Shown: positions 40,831 through 52,300, counted from the first letter of the stretch. The stretch: 64,000 bases of DNA from Candidatus Omnitrophota bacterium (GCA_043814965.1 JBDRJN010000015.1:1503-65502), one strand, 5' to 3'. Translations and numbers: made by a program. The notes: generated by a model not told the origin, from the sequence alone.

Positions 40831-40870
40831 TAGCCTTGTAGGGGAGCCTTAAGGCTCCCCTACAAGGCTA
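40831..40870. repeat. Extended REP hairpin tagccttGTAGGGGAGCCTTAAGGCTCCCCTACaaggcta (18-bp stem)
   Basis: Perfect inverted repeat seen directly; immediately after giant gene stop. Confidence 0.8.
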
Positions 40871-41076
40871 CACAGGTTCCCCTACATATTTAGGAGATAA
40901 TAATTAGATTATTATAGTATCAACTAGTTGCAGTTATTAGAGTTACAAAAACTATATAAACTATGCAAAAAAAGTATTTTCTATCCTTGAATTTTTAGAA
41001 ATATGTGGCATACTTGAAATAGAGAAATAGGAGGCAGAAACACTGAGACTTTGAAAACTTAATGTTTAACCAGTCA

Positions 41077-41217
41077 AAGGGCAAACCCAGAGTAATCTGG
41101 GGGCGCAAAGCTACGGGTCCTTGGTTATAAGGATGGCCGAGTTACCAAGGATAGCCGAGCTAGTTGATTGATGTGAAGGAGGAAGGATCAAATATCTCGG
41201 CTTTTTTGTTGCTTAAA
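41077..41217 (+). ncRNA. sRNA-like unit 1 (conserved 5' block aagggcaaacccagagtaatctggggGcgcaaagctacgggtcc, ends in intrinsic terminator)
   Basis: Block duplicated at 41337-41379; 3' gccgag...ctcggc + T6. Confidence 0.45.
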
Positions 41218-41336
41218 AAGGAGGCAGCGAAATAATAAGAGGAGGCAGGGTAAGACGCTTTAAGGAGGCACACTTTTTAGTTAATCCTTAAGACAATTGA
41301 ATATTAGGTATTATTTATAATAATACTTTCAGTAAA

Positions 41337-41504
41337 AAGGCAAACCCAGAGTAATCTGGGGACGCAAAGCTACGGGTCCTAAATCAGGAAGTAGCTGACA
41401 CTTAAGTGTCAGCTGCAGTTGATTAGGGCAGCCGGGTCGCCAAGAAAGTTAATTTATTTTTAGGATAGCCGAGCTTACGTTTAATACAAAGCTCGGCTTT
41501 TTTA
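41337..41504 (+). ncRNA. sRNA-like unit 2 (same 5' block, internal perfect hairpin agctgacacTTAAgtgtcagct, ends in terminator agccgagctt...aagctcggct + T6)
   Basis: Tandem paralog of unit 1. Confidence 0.45.
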
Positions 41505-41749
41505 TTTAAGTGAGGACGTAAGCTATGGAACGAAGTGAACATAACTTACTGTCCGAACTTATCCCGAGCCGCCATGGGTAAGTATGATGCGGCGAGGGAG
41601 AAATTAGAGAGAAAGGAAAACGCAATGACTAGAGTAATAGGATCCGAACTCATATATAACCCATATCCGATAATAGATGAGAGGCTTTTTCTCATTTTTA
41701 TAATAGTAGCAGGTTTACTAATAGCAGTATAACCAAAAGGGGGCTCATC

Positions 41750-44700
41750 ATGAAAACGATCATTAAAAACTCAAAAATTTTCACGATCTTTATTGTAACT
41801 GCCATGGCATTTTTGATCATGTCTTCGCATGCTTTTTCGTATGACCCGAATGATCTATTCTGGTATGGGAATGATATGCATCCCCAGCAGAATAAAGACA
41901 ATCTCAATCTCTATCCAGATGATTATACGCCAGAAGGCGAGCCTTGGCGCGAGATTAGTTATGAATACGGCTATTATGACGAAAATCGTGAACGCGACGA
42001 ATATGGTAGGATCGAGGTTGATCAATACGGATTCGGGTATGGCCATGACAATCTACCAGATGATGAACCATGCTATTATCTATGGCCTTTACGAGAAACA
42101 GAAAGACGCGGCCTTAATTGTCCAAAAGCCTGGGACCTTTGGGTCAGAGGCAAAGGTATTGTAACTGCAGTGATTGATTCAGGAGCGTATATAGATCACC
42201 CTGACTTGGTCCAAGCTGATGGGAGATCAGCTATTCTTGAGTACAGGCCAGGTGAGTTTGCAGTAAAGAATTTTATAACCGGCACTACAGATGTAACTGA
42301 CAATCTTGGGCAGGGTACTGCTATAGCAGGGATAATAGCTGCTGGTATGAATAACTGGGGTGCTCAGACTGGTTGTATCGGAGTTGCACCTGAGAGTAAG
42401 CTCATGATATTAAAAGTAATAGATCACCCTACGCTAAACAATGACTTGAATAATACCAAATCACTGGAAGATTTAGTAGAAGAAGCTATTTATTATGCTG
42501 CTGGTAGGAGAGATGATGGATCAGGAGTTCCTCCGGAACATATTGCAGATATTATTAATATCGGAGTCAGAGTTAATCCTACAGTCGGCATTAAAGAGGC
42601 ATTAAAATATGCAAATAGCCTGGGATGTATTATAGTCGCTCCTGCAGGTGGAGATCTAGCAGCTTTAGATGGTGTTATTGGTGTAGGCGCAACCTACCAT
42701 GATGGAACTCATCTTGGAGAGGATAAAAAGACCGGGACCAAAATCCAAGGAGCTAGTGTCTATGCGCCAGGCATAGAAATAGTCTCTTTATGCCCCCCGA
42801 GGGGATCAGGGGAACCAGGAAAACCAACCTTTGATGAACTTGTAAAAGCTTTGCCAAATAGAAGGCAGATCTTTGAATTCCAAAGATATGATTATGGCCA
42901 TTATTTTCACCTTATGCCTTATATTCAAAAAGAAGATGGCCATGCGCTTGCAGCAGCTCACATATCAGGCGTCATAGCGCTAATACAAGAATATAAAGAA
43001 ACGATAGATAAGGGGGATCTATGGGGCGTTGTAAAAAAATACACACCTGAAGAGATAGAGACCCTCTTAAAATTTGCAGCAGTAGAGAAGGGTATCCCTG
43101 ATATTAGAAAGGCTTTAGACCTGGTAGGTTCTAGGGCTGTGATACCGATAGCCAAGATCGTATTGGATAACAAAGGATCGTTTAGAGGGACTATAGATAT
43201 TAAAGGTATATTAAAAGGAAATCCAGGCAGTACTTATGTACTTGAATATGTGAATAATGACCCCTCAAAAGGTGTACAGGGTGTTATAACGGACGGATCC
43301 CTGGCTTCAGAGGAAATAAAGGAGCTTTACCTTGGCAAGCTGGATACTGCAAAATTAGAAGACGGCAGCTATACCTTGAGGTTATATCTACATACAAGTA
43401 TCATGGCCTTAAAAGACGAGGTGGTTATAAATATCAACAATTCTTGTTTGGAAGGTTGGCCTATAGTATTAAAGGGCGCAGAAGGAAATTATATCGGGCT
43501 ATCTGCGCTAGGTTTAGGGTCTCCCACCATAGCTGATCTGAATAATGACAGTAAGAAAGAGGTTATACTAATAGGTAATATAAACGAAAGAGGGATTATT
43601 GATATCAGGGATTATAAAGGCGAGAGGTTTAATTGTATGCCTGAATCAAAGGATGAATACGCATGGAAAGAATACGGGCCCATCACAGCAAGTGACGGAA
43701 GCTCGGATGACAATTTTGGTATATCAGTTTTTATGGATGCTCAATTTGCTGTAGTCGGAGCTCCTAAAGATGGCAGAGGATTGTATTCGGGCTCAGCGTA
43801 TATATTAAGGAATAACTATAGTAGCGGTTGGGCAGAGGAAAAAAAGCTTATTCCAATCGATGGAGCCGGAGGGGACAGGTTTGGCATATCTGTAGCTGGC
43901 GCAAGACTTGTTACAACTGAAAGAGTTATTATAGGAGCCGGTAATTCCGGAGGAAAGGGCGCTGCGTATATATTCAGGAATGATAGTAAAACATGGCCGC
44001 AGGAACGGAAACTTATAGCTCCTAATGGTAGGCCCGGAGACATGTTCGGTAAGTCAGTAGCTATGGACATTACCAATTTTGAATTTAGCATGCTGGGAGA
44101 ACATAATAGATTGAGAGCAGTTGTAGGCGCGCCATGGAGCGAAGGCCGTTCACTGCAAACTGGCTCAGTATATATCTTTGTACGTGATGATTTTATATGG
44201 AACCCTGCACCAGAACAGATATTAACTGCAGAAGATGGAGAGGAGAGGGATGAATTCGGAGAAGCAGTCTCTATGTATGAAGATGTTATCTTGGTAGGCG
44301 CTCCATCTAAGTCAAATGGAAAAGGGGCCGCGTATATATATAGGTATAGTTTAGAGACGCGTAAATGGGAGTATGAACAAAAATTAACAATAACTAATGG
44401 AGAAGACGGAGATAAATTTGGCTGTTCAGTTGCGCTGGAAAAAGATTATGCTGTAATAGGCGCATGGGGCCGTAATAATGATAAGGGAGCTGTATATGTA
44501 TATAAATATGATGCTAATATGAAAACTTGGGGACAGGAACCAGAACAGGTGTTGGAATTAGAAGGCCTTAGTTCCCAGGCTAGATTTGGTAATTCAGTCT
44601 CAATCACTAGAGATCCTAGTGATGAGAATAGAACAAGCGATAGGATAGTGGTAGGGTCTAATTCTATGGAAGGCAAATCTAATTCTGTATATGTTCATAA

Positions 44701-47700
44701 ATATTACGGCAGTAAATGGGAATTAGAAGGAGCTCTTAGGCCAAAGGATAATGAACCTAGTTTTGGTATATATGTTTCGATATATGGCCAGAATATTATT
44801 ACAAGCGCTGTAAATAAAGATGTAAATAAAGGCGCAGCATATATGTTTGGATACTCAAAGAAAGAGCCTGAAGTCAAAGTCTTTGGCTGGCCCAAGATGA
44901 ATCGTTTATTTCATTCCAAAGCATTAGCCTATGATCTGGATAATGACAGTGACCTTGAGATATTGGCAGCGACTGGAGATGAAGCTTATGCATGGAATAT
45001 TGATGGTACAGGAGTGGCTGGGTGGCCTTTTAGGGAAGGAAGGTATCTTTCTCCTATAACTATAAGCGACTTAGATAATGATGAAAGACCTGAGATAATT
45101 ACTGCAGGCGTAGATGAAAATAACATACCTACTATATATGCCTTAAATCCTGATGGTACGCTAAAGGCCAGTATAATGAGAAGAGCTGGTGATACGCTTG
45201 AATTTTATAGTCTAAACACGCCTCCTTCTATAGCTGACTTAGATGGAAAAGGGGCTAAAGAGATAACCACACTTTCTAGCTATAACGGAATTGGTACGCC
45301 GTGTGTACGCGTATTTAGTGAATCAGGTATGTTATGGAAGGATAAGTTTGATATTGCTCCAGCAAACTTTGGGGTAACCGATAATATAGAGGGTGCAGAT
45401 TATATACAGAACTACCTTACGCAATCAATGATAGGCAATGTAGATAATACCAAGGAACTTGAAGTTATAGTAACAGGCTATATTGTTTTTTATAAGACAT
45501 CTTCAAGGTTAGTAGAATATCCTGACCAATACACGGGAGACTTTGTAAGATGCTACAGGCATGATGGCGAGATAAAGTGGACTAGATTCATAGAGAGCGG
45601 TAAAAATAATACAACGCATGATTATAATATCAGTTCTATGGGGGACATTGATGAGGATGGCTGCGCCGATATAGTTTTTATAAGTTCTAACGGAAATATG
45701 TATCTATTAGGAGGAAGCGATGGGAGCGCGATCAAGAAGATCGTACCGAAAAAAGAGACTGACCAATTTCATTCTTCAACAGTTGCGGATTCAAAGATCA
45801 TAGCCGCTACTAAAAATAATGAGATAAAATTATATGATTTCAAGGGGGATCTTATCAAGGTTCTTTCAATGCAACCTGGGACGATAAATGAAGGTATGAT
45901 GCCTTTTAGTTTGAAATCGCCTGCACTTGGAGACCTGGATAATGATAATAAGCTTGATATAGTGGCACCCACTTATAGTCTTGTAGAGGAGTCTTTTGAT
46001 AAGATATATGCCTTTACACTGGAAGAATCAAAATACGACCCTAATACAGTAGAGTGGGGCAGTTACCAGAACGAGGGTAATACTGGGCTCCATAATCAGA
46101 CCAATTATATGGCGCTTAATATTCCTAACAGGACCGTATCCGTAGGGGAAGAGGTAAATATCAATTTCGCGGATCATCTTTCATGTTTTCCAGTTGATAT
46201 GAAGGTCGAGTTTTCAGCAGAGTCGGAGCTTATACCTCCGGGGATTGTCAGCGCGCCAAGCTTTATCTGGACTCCTTTAGAAGAGAATGAGGGTAAGACA
46301 TATCCTGTCATTGCGCGCGCGAAAGAGATCAACGGCAAATTAGGAACAGCCTGTACTTTTAATATAACTGTAAAGACCAATAGGCTTGCTATACATGGAA
46401 TGGTCTATGATGGTTATCTTGTGGGCATAGAAGGAATGGATGTATATTTAAGAGAACTTGACAGTGATGGTAACGTAATAAATTCAAAGAGCACTTATTC
46501 CTGGATAGACGGCAGTTATAAAATGACAAATTTCATAAAACCAGGTAATAAAATACAGGTTAGAGTCCCAGATTTAGTGATAGGAGGAGAGACTATCTAC
46601 ACAGAAGCAACAGTTACTAGAGACATAAATGAGGTTAATTATGTACATAGCATAGATGTATATCTTAAACGCGCAAAAGATGACAAAGGGTATGATATCC
46701 TGTATTCAAACTTGCTTGGGACTGTGGTGGATGAAAGTGGCAAAACTATAGGAGGGGCGACCTGTACTATAAAGCTAGGCAGCAATACAATAACTATATG
46801 TTCTACTAAGAACTCTACATCAAATGTTATGTATTACTGGCGTGACTCTTCAAATAATGTACAGCGTAAGACTGTACCTCAGAATTTCTACATAAGGGGT
46901 CTTAAGCTTGAAACTATGTATAATATCTCGTTCGAAAAAGAAGGATACGAGACAGTTGAGCTTAGCCGCGCCTCAGGCAGGGAAGAATACCAGATGCTTC
47001 TTGCGCCTATAGTAATGAAGCTTGTTTCGGGTAATGATGAAAAAGGCGAGACAACGCAGAGCGAGAAGACACAGCGCATAACAGGTGATATTAAGGGATA
47101 TGCAAAATCTTTTATTCAGGCACAAGAGTTTACGCCATCATTTTTCCCTATATCAGGGATCAAGATGCGAGCAGTTAAATGCCGCTATAATAAGGAAGTA
47201 AAAGAAGAAGATGCATATAGCGAAATAACCACAACGGATGAGAAGGGTTTTTATAAATTTGAAGGCTTGGTTTGGGATCAAGTATTAAATAACGACGAGA
47301 CAGTAAACAAAGGGAAAAGCGATTGGTACCTTATTACAGCTAATTATGACAGAGATAACAAGGTTTATCCAGAATATAATTCTGTTACATTAGATGCGTC
47401 CGGAGGAGTTCAGTTAGGCAGTAAGATAACAGAACCATTGCTACCAAATGAAACACAAGATTTTTCATTTAAGCCAATAGACGATGGTAATAATCAATAT
47501 TTTGTTTGTTTTGGCAGAGTTTTAGATTCTACAACAGGAGCTGACGGCCTGGGTTTAGCTAATATAACATTTAAGGTTAATGGATTGCAGGGTGCCACGA
47601 GTTATTCTGCGACGACATTTACATATACTAAAGAATCAGACTATAGAAACCAGTACAAAATACAAGGATGGTTTTTTATACCAGCAGTACCTGTTGTTAA

Positions 47701-49144
47701 AGGATTAGACCAATATACTGTTGAGATATCAAAAGATGGATATAAGACTAAAGAAGGTAATAAGAGTTATAAAGATGACGATATGATTGTAGACCCAAAA
47801 CATGCTAAAGCAGACGGATTTAAAATATCAGGCCCTGATAAAGGCAATGTAACTCTTTATCCAGCTCCAAAATATACCATTTCCGGAACAGTAACAGATG
47901 ATAAAGAGGATGCTCTTGAAGAAGTTACAGTTATTGCAAAAGATAAAAACAATGAAACTTACTCAGATACTACTGGAAGTGACGGTACCTATACTATAGG
48001 GGACCTATCAGAGGGAGACTACACTGTTACTGCTGGTACATCGGAAGGCTACAAAAGTCCTGAATCAAAATCTGTTACGCTTGATGGAGATAAGGATAAT
48101 ATAAATTTCACATTTATTAAACTATCAACAATCAGCGGTAAAGTATTGGATACGTATGATAAAAAATCTATTTCTAATGCAATATTGGAGCTAAAGAGTA
48201 AAGATGCAGACTGGACCACAGGCACTACTTCAGGCAGTGATGGGTCATACGAACTTAGCAATGTTCCAAAAGGCGCGTATACCCTTACTGCCTCAAAGCC
48301 GAATTCGCCTTACTCCAAGGAAGACGTATCCATTGACCTCAATATAGAAGGCAATGTTACTCAGGATGTGCTACTTAAGGCCTTCATTGATTTTGATATC
48401 ATGATAACTGATAAAGAAACAGGTACTGCTATAATGGGGGCTAATGTTACAGTGGATGGTAAGCCTGTAGGTACTACTGATTCATTGGGCTTATGTAGAG
48501 CTAATGCAGAAAAAGGCGAGCACGAGCTGAGTGCTTCAAAAGATAACTATATATCTAATAGTATGTCTATAAAGATAATAGAGCCTGTTACTATAACAGC
48601 GCTTAAGCTTTTATCTAATGCTCCGCGTATATTCGGGAAGGTCCTGGATCCTGATGGAAATCCGATCGGAGGAGTTATGATTACTATCCGTACTCCTGAC
48701 AGGAAAGTGATACGTTGCGGCACTAATAGTAGTGGGCTTTATGACTCTGGTACCATGACTTTAAAAGGAAAATATCAGGTGATATTTACGCCGCTACAGA
48801 AATATTACAATAGAACATCAAAGGTATTAGAGATCAATGAACGCACGGAATTGAATGTTGATATCCCATGGAAAGAAACAAAAATGAGAATTGTAATACA
48901 AGATGAAGATGGAAAAAGGATTAGGCAAGATTTTACCCTTGAAGCAAACAGCAAAGAAGGATGGAAACTTAATGCTAATGGGAAAAGAGGTAATTATTTA
49001 GCTATAGTAAGATATGCAAAAGATGAAGATACTTTGTATACATTTAATGTAAAGGGTGTTGATGGGTATCAAGATGGAAAAAATACTTTATTAGGAAAAG
49101 ACATAAGGTTCTTTAGAACGCTTTACATAACTTTAGAGAAATAG
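41750..49144 (+). CDS. Giant surface protein (2464 aa): signal peptide, N-terminal subtilisin-like (S8) domain with apparent catalytic-triad substitutions, 7 FG-GAP repeats (integrin-alpha-like propeller), second VCBS-type propeller, many CarboxypepD_reg-like repeats
   Basis: S8-like motifs VIDSGAYIDHPDL (Asp), NLGQGTAIAGIIAAG (HGT->QGT), GHALAAAHISG (GTSMAAP->GHALAAA); FG-GAP units FGISV..VGAP..GSAYIL, FGISVAGA..GAAYIF, FGKSVAM..GSVYIF, FGEAVSM..VGAP..GAAYIY, FGCSVAL..GAVYVY, FGNSVSI..SVYVH, FGIYVSI..GAAYMF. Confidence 0.7.
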   Translation: MKTIIKNSKIFTIFIVTAMAFLIMSSHAFSYDPNDLFWYGNDMHPQQNKDNLNLYPDDYTPEGEPWREISYEYGYYDENRERDEYGRIEVDQYGFGYGHDNLPDDEPCYYLWPLRETERRGLNCPKAWDLWVRGKGIVTAVIDSGAYIDHPDLVQADGRSAILEYRPGEFAVKNFITGTTDVTDNLGQGTAIAGIIAAGMNNWGAQTGCIGVAPESKLMILKVIDHPTLNNDLNNTKSLEDLVEEAIYYAAGRRDDGSGVPPEHIADIINIGVRVNPTVGIKEALKYANSLGCIIVAPAGGDLAALDGVIGVGATYHDGTHLGEDKKTGTKIQGASVYAPGIEIVSLCPPRGSGEPGKPTFDELVKALPNRRQIFEFQRYDYGHYFHLMPYIQKEDGHALAAAHISGVIALIQEYKETIDKGDLWGVVKKYTPEEIETLLKFAAVEKGIPDIRKALDLVGSRAVIPIAKIVLDNKGSFRGTIDIKGILKGNPGSTYVLEYVNNDPSKGVQGVITDGSLASEEIKELYLGKLDTAKLEDGSYTLRLYLHTSIMALKDEVVININNSCLEGWPIVLKGAEGNYIGLSALGLGSPTIADLNNDSKKEVILIGNINERGIIDIRDYKGERFNCMPESKDEYAWKEYGPITASDGSSDDNFGISVFMDAQFAVVGAPKDGRGLYSGSAYILRNNYSSGWAEEKKLIPIDGAGGDRFGISVAGARLVTTERVIIGAGNSGGKGAAYIFRNDSKTWPQERKLIAPNGRPGDMFGKSVAMDITNFEFSMLGEHNRLRAVVGAPWSEGRSLQTGSVYIFVRDDFIWNPAPEQILTAEDGEERDEFGEAVSMYEDVILVGAPSKSNGKGAAYIYRYSLETRKWEYEQKLTITNGEDGDKFGCSVALEKDYAVIGAWGRNNDKGAVYVYKYDANMKTWGQEPEQVLELEGLSSQARFGNSVSITRDPSDENRTSDRIVVGSNSMEGKSNSVYVHKYYGSKWELEGALRPKDNEPSFGIYVSIYGQNIITSAVNKDVNKGAAYMFGYSKKEPEVKVFGWPKMNRLFHSKALAYDLDNDSDLEILAATGDEAYAWNIDGTGVAGWPFREGRYLSPITISDLDNDERPEIITAGVDENNIPTIYALNPDGTLKASIMRRAGDTLEFYSLNTPPSIADLDGKGAKEITTLSSYNGIGTPCVRVFSESGMLWKDKFDIAPANFGVTDNIEGADYIQNYLTQSMIGNVDNTKELEVIVTGYIVFYKTSSRLVEYPDQYTGDFVRCYRHDGEIKWTRFIESGKNNTTHDYNISSMGDIDEDGCADIVFISSNGNMYLLGGSDGSAIKKIVPKKETDQFHSSTVADSKIIAATKNNEIKLYDFKGDLIKVLSMQPGTINEGMMPFSLKSPALGDLDNDNKLDIVAPTYSLVEESFDKIYAFTLEESKYDPNTVEWGSYQNEGNTGLHNQTNYMALNIPNRTVSVGEEVNINFADHLSCFPVDMKVEFSAESELIPPGIVSAPSFIWTPLEENEGKTYPVIARAKEINGKLGTACTFNITVKTNRLAIHGMVYDGYLVGIEGMDVYLRELDSDGNVINSKSTYSWIDGSYKMTNFIKPGNKIQVRVPDLVIGGETIYTEATVTRDINEVNYVHSIDVYLKRAKDDKGYDILYSNLLGTVVDESGKTIGGATCTIKLGSNTITICSTKNSTSNVMYYWRDSSNNVQRKTVPQNFYIRGLKLETMYNISFEKEGYETVELSRASGREEYQMLLAPIVMKLVSGNDEKGETTQSEKTQRITGDIKGYAKSFIQAQEFTPSFFPISGIKMRAVKCRYNKEVKEEDAYSEITTTDEKGFYKFEGLVWDQVLNNDETVNKGKSDWYLITANYDRDNKVYPEYNSVTLDASGGVQLGSKITEPLLPNETQDFSFKPIDDGNNQYFVCFGRVLDSTTGADGLGLANITFKVNGLQGATSYSATTFTYTKESDYRNQYKIQGWFFIPAVPVVKGLDQYTVEISKDGYKTKEGNKSYKDDDMIVDPKHAKADGFKISGPDKGNVTLYPAPKYTISGTVTDDKEDALEEVTVIAKDKNNETYSDTTGSDGTYTIGDLSEGDYTVTAGTSEGYKSPESKSVTLDGDKDNINFTFIKLSTISGKVLDTYDKKSISNAILELKSKDADWTTGTTSGSDGSYELSNVPKGAYTLTASKPNSPYSKEDVSIDLNIEGNVTQDVLLKAFIDFDIMITDKETGTAIMGANVTVDGKPVGTTDSLGLCRANAEKGEHELSASKDNYISNSMSIKIIEPVTITALKLLSNAPRIFGKVLDPDGNPIGGVMITIRTPDRKVIRCGTNSSGLYDSGTMTLKGKYQVIFTPLQKYYNRTSKVLEINERTELNVDIPWKETKMRIVIQDEDGKRIRQDFTLEANSKEGWKLNANGKRGNYLAIVRYAKDEDTLYTFNVKGVDGYQDGKNTLLGKDIRFFRTLYITLEK

Positions 49145-49145
49145 C

Positions 49146-49265
49146 TGTTAGGGGAGCCTTAAGGCTCCCCTACAATGTGGATAATTAGAATATGGGGGAC
49201 GCGTTACAAAAACATACACTTTGGCGCCTGATCCGCGCTAGGGTGGCCTCCTTCAAATAACGCGT
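49146..49265 (+). repeat. 120-nt composite repeat copy 1: REP hairpin (tAGGGGAGCCTTAAGGCTCCCCTAc) + 67-nt long-range hairpin (gacgcgtta...taacgcg)
   Basis: ~95% identical to 52796-52917. Confidence 0.7.
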
Positions 49266-49273
49266 TCTCCACT

Positions 49274-49301
49274 TTGAAAAACGAATAAAATATGATATAA
49301 T
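49274..49301 (+). promoter_or_regulatory. Predicted sigma70-type promoter TTGAAA-16-TATAAT for the 1148-aa gene
   Basis: Hexamers seen directly. Confidence 0.45.
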
Positions 49302-49369
49302 ATATCAATATTATATCGTTCAAAAATAGAGTAATATTAAACATGGTTTTTAACAAAAAGGAGGGTAAT

Positions 49370-52300
49370 ATGTATACTCTAACTAGGAATAAAAGGATGA
49401 TTTTAGGGGCAGGGGTTTTCCTGTTGCTTTTATCCGCTGTGCCAGCTATGGCAGTAGAAGGCGAATGGGAGAGAAAGCTTGAAGAGACACAGGTTATAGA
49501 TGGCGGCGGAGGCGGTTTTATTGGTTTAGGCCGCGGCATACCTCAGACAATCATCACTAGCACTATAGACATAAATCCTATTATAGTAAAAGATGTTGAC
49601 CTGGATGGTAGGGAGGAGATAGCTTTTACAGGCACACCTAGCAATAGCGGCCTGGGAAATAACCCTTCAGTTAACCTTTATTTACTAGATTCTAATGGAG
49701 ATAATTATATCCCGCCTGATGCGCCTTATGGTACAGTTAGCAAATGGCCTATAGAAAAAAAGGGAGGGGGGATAGTACCAGCGCTACACGATATCAATAA
49801 TGACAATATATCAGAAGTCATTGTTACAGGCGTAGATAATCAAGGCATCAGGATCTATGCTTACACCCCTGAAGGGAATATCTTATCAAAATATCCTAAA
49901 TTAATACCAGGGACAGCTTATTGTACAACTTATGGGACTTCTGTAGTGGCAGATATTGACCTTGATGAAAGGCCTGATCTGGTTATTACAGGAAGCTCAG
50001 CAAGGGGAGGTAATAAAGTCTATGCAGTTAATTTCGAAACAGGTAACTCTCTAGAAGGCTGGGAAGGCGGAAGGCCTTTACCTATAGGAGAAGAACTTGC
50101 ATCAAATATCTCCCCAGTCATAGCTGATATGGATGGAGATAAATACCCTGAGATAATTATAGGTACTTTTACGCATGGAGGAAAGGGGACTAACACTCCA
50201 AAGCTGCATATCTTAAGTCATGATGGAAAACTCACCACTATAACTGAGGGCCTTGAGTTATCCAAAAAATTGAAAACAGATCTAAACATTAAAGATGGGG
50301 ATAGGTTTTTTGAAAAATCAGCCAATAGTTTTGGTTTTATGACCTCTCCTGCAGTAATGGATGTAAATGGTAAAAAGTTTATAGCAGCGGTTGCTACTTA
50401 CATAAAGCCTATTGATAAAAATGAAAGAGAGATAGGTTCGATACTATATATCCTGGATGAAAAAGGATATTGCTATCCTGGAGAGTTGGTGAATTTTGAT
50501 ACATATTTTTATCCAACGCCTTATGCGTATCCAAGCGTTACTATAGGTGAAGTGACAAAGGAGAAGAGACCTTATATAGTCATTACTTGTAATGGCAAGA
50601 TATCCATGTTTTATGATTTTGGCGGAAAGATCGGCGATGATATACCAGCCCATCCTATTGGTGGCGGGCACTTTGCTGCAGTACTGGGAAGCGATAATAA
50701 GATAGCTACATTGACTTTTAATGGCTATGTAGCTTGCTATGACGCTGTAACAGGGCTTATGGAAAATAATTTTCCTAAGAAAATGGCAGTAGATACTCCT
50801 CGTTCTAACGGCCTGCCATATCTAGCATTATTAAGGAATATGGATAGCCGCAGCGATGTCATAATAGCTCCTTCATATGGCAATAGCTCTACGCCTAGTG
50901 GAGTTGTATATGCATTTAAGACTAGTGCCAGTGGAGGCTTATTAGGATTTGGCTCGGGCATGAAAGAGGATAATAGGCAATGGCCTATGATAAATCTGAA
51001 CCCAGTAAATACAAGATATGAATCAGCAGGTAGTAGCGGCATGGACATTATGCTTACGCCGCCTCCTCCTGTAAAGGAGCCGATAGATATCAGCGGTAAA
51101 GTAAAGGCAAACACACCTTATTATAAGGGGCATGAGTTTCATTTAGAAGGGATAATAGTTCGCGCGGCTGGTTACTATGATGACAGTATAAAACATGAAA
51201 CTACAACTGCTGCTGACGGGTCTTATAAATTTGAGGGCTTAGAAACTACAGATTATACTGTTGTTGCTAATCCTGAGGGAAAATATGGCTATAAAAGTGA
51301 ATCAAGAGCCCCGGTAGGAAATGATAACAATGTGAACTTCTCACTTTCTCCAAAAGAAGGCTTTTTTGTCCTTTATGGCCAAGTCGTAGATGCAAAATCC
51401 AGAGAAGGTATCGATGGCGTAACAGTGGATACGACCGTTAAAGGTGGGTCTTATTCTGCAGTTACAGCTGATGAAGGGTATTATTTAATATCAGAGATAC
51501 CTCGCGGAGAAGATACATATGCAGTCAACGCCTCAAAGGATGGCTATGTAGGCAAGACACAAAGTATGCCAGGTCAGATCATGCAAGATTTTAATAGCAT
51601 GGAATTCAAGATATTAGAGGACAAGACCTATACTTATACTATTACTGGGATAACATATGATTCCAATAATAACACATTAAGCGGGGTAACTATTGGATTA
51701 GAGGGGAAAAGTGTAACTGCGACAACTCAAACAGATGGTAGTTATAGCCTTAGCGTGGAACTTGCAAACGGAGACTATTATATTACTGCTAAGAAAAATT
51801 ACTATGTTAATACTACCGGGAAGCAGCATATAGTGATAGCTGATGATAGTTATACTACTATTACAGCGGTTAATTTCAATTTTGCTTCAGAGACAGTCAA
51901 GGTATCGGGATACGTCAAGGAAAAAGATAGTAATACACCTTTAAAGAATGCTCTTATAACAGCTACTATCACTTTAAATGGCAGGACCGATACAAAGCAG
52001 ACTTATTCTAGTTTTCAAGCAAAGACACTCGGGTATTATGAATTTTCAAGCATTCCAAAAGGAGCTAATATCAGAGTTGTTGCTGGGCTGGATGGATATA
52101 ATGCCAGCGATCCTTTAAATGTAGGTGTAGTGGAGAATAAAAAACTACAGGATATCTTTCTTGAAAAGGGCAAGTATATTGTTAGCGGAAAGGTATGCAA
52201 AGAAGAAAACAATGAAGGCATCGCCAGCGCGGCCATTACTATTTATGTAGTCAAAGACAATAAGCGCAGTAAGTTTGATAGCTTGCGTTCTGGAAGCGGC

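Noticed and set aside
41535-41732. 65-aa GTG-start ORF just upstream of the 2464-aa gene
   Set aside because: No SD. It overlaps the terminator of sRNA-like unit 2. Its only features are composition-driven (hydrophobic C-terminus). Kept only as a remote possibility of a leader peptide.
49198-49264. Tiny reverse-strand ORF (MFL*) downstream of an AAGGAGG inside the 120-nt module
   Set aside because: The SD-to-ATG distance is ~31 nt and the ORF is 3 codons, so it was treated as coincidence.
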